Virus record (IMG/VR): IMGVR_UViG_3300005512_000161
Coordinates: 1 to 34,227 of that record
Direction: 5' to 3' (one strand)
DNA length: 34,227 bases
From: a virus
Taxonomy: Duplodnaviria > Caudoviricetes
Under the pieces are notes generated by a model. It searched no databases. It was not told where the DNA came from and worked only from the letters and a program-made list of their open reading frames with translations. The stretch's first letter is position 1, and every line of letters starts with the position of its first letter. Below, piece by piece: positions 8,967 through 16,351 of the stretch. The position numbers and the translations under genes were made by a program.

Positions 8967-10605
8967 GTTCCAGATCCCAGGGCTCTACGTTGGCGCCGCG
9001 CGCTCGGTTGCCGAAGACGACCGGCCGCTGCTCATCAACCGCGACCCCGGCCCGGACGAGGCAGGGGCGCCACGAGAGCCGGTAATTTGCCTCGATCTTG
9101 TTGACCTGCAAGTTCCTGCGTCGGGCATCGATGAAGCCGCAACGTCGGTCTGGATCAACGGCGTTCTGGCCTGGGATTCGGACGCAGCGCAGGCGGGCTT
9201 CCAGGGCGCAGGTAGCGGCAGCGAGCAGGATACACGCTCCTATCGGATCTGCATCGAGCCGGAGACCACCTATCCCTCGGAGCAGGTGATCACGATCCGA
9301 GTCGCCAGCTCGACCAACGACGGATCCAGCATCGACGAGACCTACTCGTTCACCATCGAGGACTACCAGGCTCCGATCCTCGTGGCAGCCGAGGCCACCG
9401 GCCGCCGAGAGGTGACGCTCTCCTTCGACGAGTCCGTTGAGGTAACGTCCGGGACCGGGTTCTCGTTTTCGCGAGTTGGATCGCCTGGCGTTTCGCTCTC
9501 TGCTGTTTCGGCCACCGCAAGCGGTTCGGCTGTCGTGGTGGTCGTCGATCAGGACATGACGCCCACGATTCAGTACCAGGTGACGGCAACCGGCGTTGCC
9601 GATCTGGCAGCAAATCAGATCGTCGCACCGAACAACTCGGCGCTGTTCAGCGGCTACCTCATGCCGCAGCCGAACGGCAGGCGTTTCGAGTTGTGGGACT
9701 GGATCCCGAACCAGAACAAGCGGGAAGACGCATCCGGCGATCTGAGATCGTTCATCGATGTGCTGCAGGAGGTCGTTGACCTGCTGTTGGGAGACGTTGA
9801 CCTCTTCGTGGACTGCTGGTCAATCGAGCGGTCAACGTCCAACTTCATCGATCTCATCCTGGGCGATCTCGGCAACCCGTTCGGCGACTTTGAGCTTACC
9901 GAGATCAGGAAGCGCCGCCTTGCCGCGACGCTCGTGGACCTCTACCAGCAAAAGGGCACGGCCCAGGGGATCATCGATGCCGTCAACTTCTTCCTCGGGA
10001 TTGTGGTCACCATCGACACGCTCAGGAACACCGGCCTGCAGCTTGGGCTAGACGATCTGTCCTGGCCAGCGTACGACGAGACCGGCGTTGCACCGTTCGC
10101 GCTCGACGACGGCGACACCATCGAGATCGCGATCAACGGCGGCGAGACCCAGATCGTGACCTTCGACGCTGCCGATGTCGTCGACATCGGGGCAGTCACC
10201 GCAGACGAGGCCATCGGCATCTTCAACGACCAGATCGTTGGCGCCGTCGCGTTCCCGGCTGATGGCGGAACGGTCCAGATCAGGACCGTCGAGCAATCCG
10301 AAGACGCTACGCTGCAGGTGACCGGCGGAACCGCGTTTGTGAACTTCGGATTTTCGGGAGACGAGTCTACTGGTGGCGGCTCGTTCGTGCTCGGGACCGG
10401 GGAGCAGCGGCTGCTATACTCGTTCAGGGTCGTCTCGCCTGTGGCGCTGACCGACGAACAGCAGGAGCAGATCGAAGCCATCGCGGACTTCATGAAGCCA
10501 GCGCACACCCACCTTATCGAGGTGGCCGAGCCCGACGACAGCGACGCGCTGGACCACTGGGTGCTCGGACTCTCTGACCTCGGCCAAGAGACCGAGCTGC
10601 ACTAG
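8959..10605 (+). CDS. Phage tail protein I-like (P2 gpI) with N-terminal Ig-like domains
   Basis: GGAGG RBS before ATG 8959. Ig-like 'VTLSFDESV...YQVTATGVADLAAN'; gpI motifs 'LYQQKGTAQGIIDAVNFFLG' and 'IADFMKPAHTH'. Confidence 0.82.
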   Translation: MAEFQIPGLYVGAARSVAEDDRPLLINRDPGPDEAGAPREPVICLDLVDLQVPASGIDEAATSVWINGVLAWDSDAAQAGFQGAGSGSEQDTRSYRICIEPETTYPSEQVITIRVASSTNDGSSIDETYSFTIEDYQAPILVAAEATGRREVTLSFDESVEVTSGTGFSFSRVGSPGVSLSAVSATASGSAVVVVVDQDMTPTIQYQVTATGVADLAANQIVAPNNSALFSGYLMPQPNGRRFELWDWIPNQNKREDASGDLRSFIDVLQEVVDLLLGDVDLFVDCWSIERSTSNFIDLILGDLGNPFGDFELTEIRKRRLAATLVDLYQQKGTAQGIIDAVNFFLGIVVTIDTLRNTGLQLGLDDLSWPAYDETGVAPFALDDGDTIEIAINGGETQIVTFDAADVVDIGAVTADEAIGIFNDQIVGAVAFPADGGTVQIRTVEQSEDATLQVTGGTAFVNFGFSGDESTGGGSFVLGTGEQRLLYSFRVVSPVALTDEQQEQIEAIADFMKPAHTHLIEVAEPDDSDALDHWVLGLSDLGQETELH

Positions 10606-10614
10606 GAGATCGAC

Positions 10615-11994
10615 GTGGCAGATCGACGAGACTTCTACTTCCATCAGCGCGTCACCGAGGGCGAGCTTGACGCCGCGTTCGATGGCGTCGAGCAGGCTAC
10701 CTGGGATCTGGCAAAGGACATCGGCGTAACCGGGATCATCTCTGGCGCCGTGCCCACGCAATCGGATCCGCCAGATCTGACGATCCAGTTGACCGGGCCT
10801 GCGAAGGGGCACGACGGCTATGGCCGCAGGCTCTACATCGGCACGGAGACCGAAGTCGACTGCTCGGTAGACGAGAACGGCGTCTCGACCGCGGTAGCCG
10901 CTCCGGGAAACGAGCGCTACCTGTCGGTCTTCATGGAGTTCGACCGGCTGTTGTCTGACGAACGCGTGGACGGCGCAAGCCAGCAAGTCTACTTCATCCG
11001 CAACGAGACCACGAACGTGATCGTACGCCAGGGCGCCGAGGCCGCGGCCGGCGCCGCCGTGACTCCTGATCTTGACGATGACCTGATCCTGATCTGTGAC
11101 GTGCTGCTCGCGCACGGCGACACGCAGATCCTGGACGCAGCGATTGAGACAGATCGGCGGCAGGCGTTCGTGATCTACACCGCCGATCAGATCAGCGCTG
11201 ACACCGCTGCGCACACCAGGATCAGCGGCGATACCGTGCAGGAGGCGCTGGACGCTGCAGACGCTGCACTCGTGGTCGACGACGGCAGGCTTGACGATCA
11301 CGTGGACGGGACAGGCGAGCGACACGACGCGGATCACATCGACTTGGACACCGGCGGGTTCGTATTCATCGGCCAAGAGCCAGGCGTGTCTGGTGGCGGC
11401 ACGCCGCTTGTTTCTGATGACCTGCAGGCGCTGTCCAATCGCATCGACGAAATCCTTGGCGCGCACGTTCTCGGAACGGACGCGGAGCTCAAGCACCCTG
11501 CAGGAGACGTGACAGCGGTGGACCCTGGACTTGGGCCCAGCAACACGCTGAACGAGGGCGACAACGTACAGGATCAACTCGACTCGATTCGTACGAACCT
11601 TGCAGAGACAGATACCGGGATCGCTGGCACGTGGAAGATCGGCTCCCAGGATCTCGGGCTGGTCGGGAATTTCGTGTCCATTCCTGCAGCCAAGCTCGCC
11701 GTACAGCTTTCGGACATATACGGCGCTCTCGAGTTGACGTTCGACACCTACCCGCGGGTCGTTGCCGAATACGCCGAGGCGTCGCTTGGGAACGGGGTGT
11801 CTCGAATAACCACGTGGCACGGGGGCGAGGCTGACTTCGCTACCGTGACGTTCACCACAGATCCGGCCGCAGGGAACCCGCACGGCGTGACCTGGTACTG
11901 CCATGCCCTTGGCGGATTCACGCACGTCATCGTGAACAACAACAGCGGCGCGGCGCAGGACTACACCGTCCGATTTTGGAAGGTCGGCTCGTAG
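10615..11994 (+). CDS. Tail fibre / receptor-binding protein
   Basis: GTG start with AGGAG RBS. N-terminal baseplate anchor 'RRDFYFHQRVTEGELD...G.DGYGRRL'; fibre repeats HDADHI/HPAGDV and TVQEALD/NVQDQLD; follows gpI. Confidence 0.75.
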   Translation: MADRRDFYFHQRVTEGELDAAFDGVEQATWDLAKDIGVTGIISGAVPTQSDPPDLTIQLTGPAKGHDGYGRRLYIGTETEVDCSVDENGVSTAVAAPGNERYLSVFMEFDRLLSDERVDGASQQVYFIRNETTNVIVRQGAEAAAGAAVTPDLDDDLILICDVLLAHGDTQILDAAIETDRRQAFVIYTADQISADTAAHTRISGDTVQEALDAADAALVVDDGRLDDHVDGTGERHDADHIDLDTGGFVFIGQEPGVSGGGTPLVSDDLQALSNRIDEILGAHVLGTDAELKHPAGDVTAVDPGLGPSNTLNEGDNVQDQLDSIRTNLAETDTGIAGTWKIGSQDLGLVGNFVSIPAAKLAVQLSDIYGALELTFDTYPRVVAEYAEASLGNGVSRITTWHGGEADFATVTFTTDPAAGNPHGVTWYCHALGGFTHVIVNNNSGAAQDYTVRFWKVGS

Positions 11995-12002
11995 GGGCCT
12001 GA

Positions 12003-12031
12003 TCGACAGCAGCAACGCCAGCGGGCACAAT
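12003..12031 (+). promoter_or_regulatory. Putative sigma70-type promoter TCGACA-N17-CACAAT
   Basis: Near-consensus hexamers with 17-bp spacing in the gap upstream of the 12078 gene and lysis genes. Confidence 0.4.
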
Positions 12032-12077
12032 GGGGTTGCCCGCGGCCACAGGCCGAGAACAACAGGAGGCGAAAGCC

Positions 12078-12689
12078 ATGCAGATCCGCATTACCGCTCT
12101 GGACGGCCAGGGCGACTTTGGCCCGCTCATGGGCCTGCCGAATGGCGGCAACGTGCCCGAGGGCACCACCCGAACCTTCACCCTGCAGCACCAGGACGAC
12201 TTCGACCGGATCCGGCTGAACCTGGACACCGCGCAGACGGCTGGCGAGATCACCTATGACGTGGTCGGCTCGACCGGAGACGAAGGCGGCCGCGTCTACA
12301 AGCGCACCCTCCGGATCCAGCACAGCGACCTGACCGCAGAGGCCGTGAACGAGACCGTGACCGACGCCATCGGCGCGTTCCCGGCTGGCGCCCGCATGCT
12401 CGGCTACCGCAAGAAGGTGGACACCGAGTTCTCGGGCGGCGGCGCAACGTCCTGCACCATCGACGCGGGGTTCAACGGCGCGACCGATGAACTCGACGAC
12501 GGCCAGGACATCTTCACCGGCGCTGGCACCACCGAGACCTTCGGCGCCGGCGTCAACGCTGCCCCCGAGACTCCGCGCAACCTGGGCGCCCTGACCCTGC
12601 AAGCCACCATCACCGCCGACGTGAACGTGGATCTGCTGTCCGCGGGCGATCTCACCCTCGAGATCCTCTACGTCGTGCACACCGCCTGA
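12078..12689 (+). CDS. Putative capsid cement/decoration-like virion protein
   Basis: AGGAGG RBS before ATG 12078. C-terminal beta-rich pattern 'FPAGA.ML...V.TEF.GG...IDAG...LSAGDLTLEILY' resembles phage cement/spike-base proteins (inference). Strongly C-ending codons. Confidence 0.55.
   Translation: MQIRITALDGQGDFGPLMGLPNGGNVPEGTTRTFTLQHQDDFDRIRLNLDTAQTAGEITYDVVGSTGDEGGRVYKRTLRIQHSDLTAEAVNETVTDAIGAFPAGARMLGYRKKVDTEFSGGGATSCTIDAGFNGATDELDDGQDIFTGAGTTETFGAGVNAAPETPRNLGALTLQATITADVNVDLLSAGDLTLEILYVVHTA
12363..12413 (+). repeat. 51-bp exact direct repeat, copy 1 (copy 2 at 32339-32389)
   Basis: GACGCCATCGGCGCGTTCCCGGCTGGCGCCCGCATGCTCGGCTACCGCAAG is identical at both loci and encodes DAIGAFPAGARMLGYRK in both genes. 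Confidence 0.97.
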
Positions 12690-12691
12690 TC

Positions 12692-12709
12692 CGGCTGGGC
12701 AGCCAGCCG
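12692..12709 (+). other. GC-rich stem-loop after the 12078 gene (CGGCTGG-gcag-CCAGCCG)
   Basis: Perfect 7-bp stem with no U-tract; may stabilise or attenuate mRNA ahead of the holin. Confidence 0.4.
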
Positions 12710-12723
12710 CCGGAGATGAAGCC

Positions 12724-12984
12724 ATGGCCAACAAACTCCGCGGCTGGCGCCGCTTGATTTTCTGCAGCGGCGTGGTCGTGATCACCGCCGCAGCCCTCTT
12801 CTTCGGCAAGATCAAGCCAGAGGACTGGGTCGAGACCATCAAGTGGCTCAGCTCCTTCTACATCGGCTCCGATGGCGTCGAGAAGATGGCCGGCGCGATT
12901 CAGGCGAAGGTATCGGCCAAGCCTGGCGCAACCTCGGAGCCGGCCGAAGGATCAGAAGAGAAGCGAGATCCAGAGGGGTCCTGA
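12724..12984 (+). CDS. Putative holin
   Basis: 86 aa; basic N-terminus, a TM helix 'LIFCSGVVVITAAALFFG', a second amphipathic/TM segment 'W...YIG..GVEK', and a charged tail. Confidence 0.6.
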   Translation: MANKLRGWRRLIFCSGVVVITAAALFFGKIKPEDWVETIKWLSSFYIGSDGVEKMAGAIQAKVSAKPGATSEPAEGSEEKRDPEGS

Positions 12985-13328
12985 TGCTCTACGCCCTCAT
13001 CTCCGCCTGCGCAATCGCGGCCATCGCCGTAGTGGTCGCAATCATCGAGTGCAAGATGGGCATCAAGGCCAAGGCCGCGCTCCGACAGGCAAGGGCGCGG
13101 CTAGAAGAGGCGACTGCAGCACAGGCCTCTGCTGAGTTGCAGCAGGCCTCGATGCGCGCAGACGCAGACGAGGCGGTGGCAGACGCAAGGGCGGCGGCCG
13201 ACGAGATCGCCTCATCGGCCGATACCAGGGCAGAGGCCGAAGGCCTAGAAGACAATCTCGACGACCAGATCTCAGCCATCGTGAGGGAGGCGGGGATCGG
13301 AAGGGCTCGGGTCAATGGCGGTTCGTAG
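12984..13328 (+). CDS. Putative inner-membrane spanin (Rz-like)
   Basis: TGATG coupling; N-terminal TM (MLYALISACAIAAIAVVVAII) then an Ala-rich coiled coil. Confidence 0.6.
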   Translation: MLYALISACAIAAIAVVVAIIECKMGIKAKAALRQARARLEEATAAQASAELQQASMRADADEAVADARAAADEIASSADTRAEAEGLEDNLDDQISAIVREAGIGRARVNGGS

Positions 13329-13827
13329 GGCTCCGCTGTTTTTGGCCGCTCTTTGCGCAGTTTCCTGCGTCGGGGCGCATGGTGCGAATCAGGCGTATGA
13401 GGCAAGCGGGGCGCTGGTTCTGCCCGATCTTCCGACGACAGCGCCAATCCCCGAGCATGTCGGCGCGGCCGAGCATCTGGACGGCATCGGCGTGCCGCAC
13501 GGTGGCACTCCGGAGGTACGTGGCGAGTGGGTTTGCTACGACAGCGACTCGCACCTTCGGCTCACCCTGGCGCTGACGAGCGACGAGCGAAGATCCGACG
13601 CTCGGGCTCGGGAGGCATGGCGCTCTGGCTGGCTGAAGTGCCAATCGAGCCACCTACCGATCATCATCGAGGAACGCCAGCGCTCGCTTCGGGCGTCGCT
13701 CGAGCCGTTCGCCGACGATGGCGGGTGGGTTGAGGATGTTCGCGATGCCGCGCCGTGGGTTTCGGTGGCGCTTGCTGTTGGGTTCGTAGGCGGCGCCTGG
13801 GTTGGCGCCGCCTATCTCGGCGACTAG
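13315..13827 (+). CDS. Putative spanin lipoprotein with C-terminal TM helix
   Basis: Signal peptide with lipobox-like LCAVS-C18; C-terminal hydrophobic 'WVSVALAVGFVGGAWVGAAYL'; overlaps the Rz-like gene. Confidence 0.5.
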   Translation: MAVRRAPLFLAALCAVSCVGAHGANQAYEASGALVLPDLPTTAPIPEHVGAAEHLDGIGVPHGGTPEVRGEWVCYDSDSHLRLTLALTSDERRSDARAREAWRSGWLKCQSSHLPIIIEERQRSLRASLEPFADDGGWVEDVRDAAPWVSVALAVGFVGGAWVGAAYLGD

Positions 13828-14387
13828 AACGGCACCGAGTCCTCGCCCCAGCCTCCGCCCTTCTGCTGGCCGCCGTCCTGCTGGCCGCCCTGCTGGCCTC
13901 CGCCCCTGTTCGATGGCTGATCCCATCCCTGGTTTTGGCCGCCGCCCTGTTTCCCGCGCCCGTACCCGCCGCCGCCCTGGCCCCAGCCCTGGTTCTGGCC
14001 GCCGCCTTGCTGCTGGCCGCCTTGCTGCTGGCCGCCGCCGCCGCGCCTGTTGCGGTCGGTCTCGACGAAGGTCACGCCGAACGGGTTGGCCTTGATCTCG
14101 AACGTGCGGACGGTCTGACCGTCCTTCTCGTACTCGCCGTGCTCCATCTGGCCGACGACGTGGACCTTGGCGCCCTTGTGCAGGTGCTCGTTGCACAACT
14201 CCGCTTGCCGTCCCCAGACCACGATCCGGTGCCAGGTGGTCTTCTCCTTCAACTCGCCGCTGCTGTCCTTCCACTTCTCGTCGGTCGCGACCGAGAACCT
14301 GCAGTAGGCCGTTCCGCCGGTCGTGTAGCGCATGTCTGGATCCGAGCCCAGATTGCCCAGGACCACCGCCATGTTGACTCCGCTCAT
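13824..14387 (-). CDS. ssb: Single-stranded DNA-binding protein
   Basis: 'VNMAVVLGNLGSDPDMRYT...FSVAT...TTWHRIVVWGRQAE...L.KG..V.V.G', Gly/Gln linker and acidic tail 'EDSVPF'. True start ATG 14387 with AGGAG RBS. Confidence 0.95.
   Translation of the reverse strand: MSGVNMAVVLGNLGSDPDMRYTTGGTAYCRFSVATDEKWKDSSGELKEKTTWHRIVVWGRQAELCNEHLHKGAKVHVVGQMEHGEYEKDGQTVRTFEIKANPFGVTFVETDRNRRGGGGQQQGGQQQGGGQNQGWGQGGGGYGRGKQGGGQNQGWDQPSNRGGGQQGGQQDGGQQKGGGWGEDSVPF
13850..14043 (-). repeat. Low-complexity Gly/Gln coding repeats in the SSB linker
   Basis: Repeated GGCCGCC(C/T)TGCTG-type units encoding GGQQQ/GGQQ and two GGGQNQGW. Confidence 0.8.
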
Positions 14388-16351
14388 TCGATTCTCTCCT
14401 GCCCAGCCCGCACGGCCGGGTTCTCGTTGGCGAGCCCTGCGGCGACAAGCCACGGGCTCGGATTGCGGGGCTTGCCCCGCAGTTCAGTCGGGATGATGAC
14501 GCGCAAATCGTCTCGCGCCCTGGTCATGCCCACATAGAGGGCGCGTCCGCTTTCTAGCACCTCTTCGGTCGTCCGATCCCACTTGGCCGGAATCGACCCT
14601 TCGCACGCTCCGTACACCACGACCGCCGGCCATTCCAGACCCTTGGCGCCGTGGAACGTCGTGAGCGTGATGTGGCCTTCCTGCGTGCTTCGTTGCGAGG
14701 CCTCTTCGCTGGCCAGCCAGACGAGCAGGTCAGAGATCGTGTTCCTGCCTCCGCGGAAGTCGAAGTCCTGCTCCTCGCCTGCGTGGGCGGTCGCAGCGAT
14801 TTCGATGGCCTTCATGATGTCCGGCCCGGTGTGCGGCTTCACGCCGCTGAGCAGGGCCTCTAGATCGCCTACGGTCTCCGCGCTGACCGCGTTGATCCAC
14901 CACTTCTCTGGCAGGCCTGCACTCGATACCTGATCATCGCTCAAGACGTTGCAGAGCCTGGTGCTCGATTCGATGGCCTGCGTGCTCAGGCGCCGCAGCA
15001 TGGCCTCGGGATCTTGATGTCCTAGCGCCTCGAGGATGCAGATCGCGTCGTAGGTATCGACCGATCCGCGGTGCGCAGTCCTCGCGATTGCCAGGGCGAT
15101 GCGCCCCGCTGGCGTGCCCCACCACTTCCGATCATCGTGTGGTGGGCTCGCTGGGATGCCTGCGGCCTCAAGAACCGCACCGGCGAAGTCGAGATCCGCC
15201 CAGTTCCTTGCCAGGATCGCGATCTGATCCGTGCGGTAGGCTCGGCTTGAGCCGTACCACCCGCTGCAGTAGAGCAGGCCCTCGACGGTCTCGACGAGCG
15301 CAGAGCCTAGGCTTTCCTCATCCGCGAGCACGAACAGCGCCTCCGCGTCGCTGTCGTCGCGCATCGGCTCAGACGGCAGATCGCTGCACGCGCAGTCATC
15401 CACCAGGGCCTTGCGCAACCTTCTGCACGCATCCGCAATCGGTGCCTGCGTTCGGTAGTTCTCCCCGAGCCGCACCAGGTGCTCGCCAGCGTCGCGCATG
15501 CGCCGCATGAACAGGCCGTGATCCTGTTGGCCTTGACGGCGCAGAAGAAAGCCGAAGATCCGCTGAGCGTCATCGCCGACGACGGTCAGGCACTCCGGCT
15601 TCCAGGCCTCGATGATGCGCCAGTGATCCGGTGTCAGATCGTGCGCTTCGTCCACGAAAAGGCACGCGATCTGATCGCGCAGTTTCCTCCCTGGCTCGCT
15701 GGTGTTCACGAGCACGTCGAGCATGACGAGCAGATCGTCATACCTGATCAGGTTCCGCATGCGCAGTTCCTGGCGGGCAGCCGTGTGCTTCGGCCACCCT
15801 GCCAACTGCTGGCCGCGTGCCTCTAGGCCTGCGACCAGATCCTTCTTGCGCACCTTCTTGCGGAATCCTCGGTAAACCGCATCGACGATTGCCTCAACGT
15901 CTTCGGGCATGGCGATTCCGAACGTGGAGCCGTCGAACCAGCCAAGCGAAAACAACTCGTCGTGCCCTGCGAACTCGCTGCGTAGCGCGTCCCTGCACCA
16001 TCCGGCCGCCAGGGCGTGCAACGTGCCGATCTTGGGCGGTGCGAAGCACTCGACTCCAGAGCCGAAGCACTCGCCGCAGTCGTAGCCGTCAACCTTCCCA
16101 GATCCGGCGCAAGCGCGGCACGGGATGCCGTCTGGCATGGCCTCGACGATTCGGCGCCGCAGATCCGCCGCCATGCTCCTGGTGTACGTCAGGGCCGCGA
16201 TCTCGGACGGATGGAAGATCTGGCCCGAGATCATGTGGGCGATCCGTGCGGCCATGACGTGCGTCTTGCCGCACCCTGGACCGCCGAGGATGTCGAGCCT
16301 GTGCGTGTCGCGTTCGGCCGCGTCGCGCTGGCTTGCGTTGAGACTGATCAA
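14384..16351 (-). CDS. UvrD/PcrA-like SF1A DNA helicase with DnaJ-type Zn-finger insertion
   Basis: GGPGCGKT, ALTYT, FVDEAHD, VVGDDAQRIFGF, NYRT, TTFHGAKGLEW, LYVGMTRAR. TTG start overlaps the upstream stop. Confidence 0.92.
   Translation of the reverse strand: MISLNASQRDAAERDTHRLDILGGPGCGKTHVMAARIAHMISGQIFHPSEIAALTYTRSMAADLRRRIVEAMPDGIPCRACAGSGKVDGYDCGECFGSGVECFAPPKIGTLHALAAGWCRDALRSEFAGHDELFSLGWFDGSTFGIAMPEDVEAIVDAVYRGFRKKVRKKDLVAGLEARGQQLAGWPKHTAARQELRMRNLIRYDDLLVMLDVLVNTSEPGRKLRDQIACLFVDEAHDLTPDHWRIIEAWKPECLTVVGDDAQRIFGFLLRRQGQQDHGLFMRRMRDAGEHLVRLGENYRTQAPIADACRRLRKALVDDCACSDLPSEPMRDDSDAEALFVLADEESLGSALVETVEGLLYCSGWYGSSRAYRTDQIAILARNWADLDFAGAVLEAAGIPASPPHDDRKWWGTPAGRIALAIARTAHRGSVDTYDAICILEALGHQDPEAMLRRLSTQAIESSTRLCNVLSDDQVSSAGLPEKWWINAVSAETVGDLEALLSGVKPHTGPDIMKAIEIAATAHAGEEQDFDFRGGRNTISDLLVWLASEEASQRSTQEGHITLTTFHGAKGLEWPAVVVYGACEGSIPAKWDRTTEEVLESGRALYVGMTRARDDLRVIIPTELRGKPRNPSPWLVAAGLANENPAVRAGQERIE

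Noticed and set aside
10248-10261. 14-bp match CGCGTTCCCGGCTG to the 51-bp repeat
   Set aside because: Short, GC-rich and explained by preferred codons for A-F-P-A; treated as chance.
11935-11943. AAC AAC AAC near the tail-fibre C-terminus as a DGR variable region
   Set aside because: Only three codons, with no second copy and no reverse transcriptase in the window.
261-11994. Tail cluster as a stand-alone eCIS/tailocin
   Set aside because: It is contiguous with a tape measure and with phage replication, recombination and lysis genes, which indicates a phage genome.
10414-12030. 538-aa minus-strand ORF opposite the tail fibre
   Set aside because: Antisense shadow of a high-GC3 gene; no RBS or motif, and the plus strand encodes a coherent fibre.
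12363-12413. 51-bp repeat as a DGR template/variable repeat pair or attL/attR
   Set aside because: The copies are identical with no adenine-specific mismatches, both are mid-gene, and no reverse transcriptase or integrase is visible. Phage genes continue on both outer sides, so these are not prophage ends.
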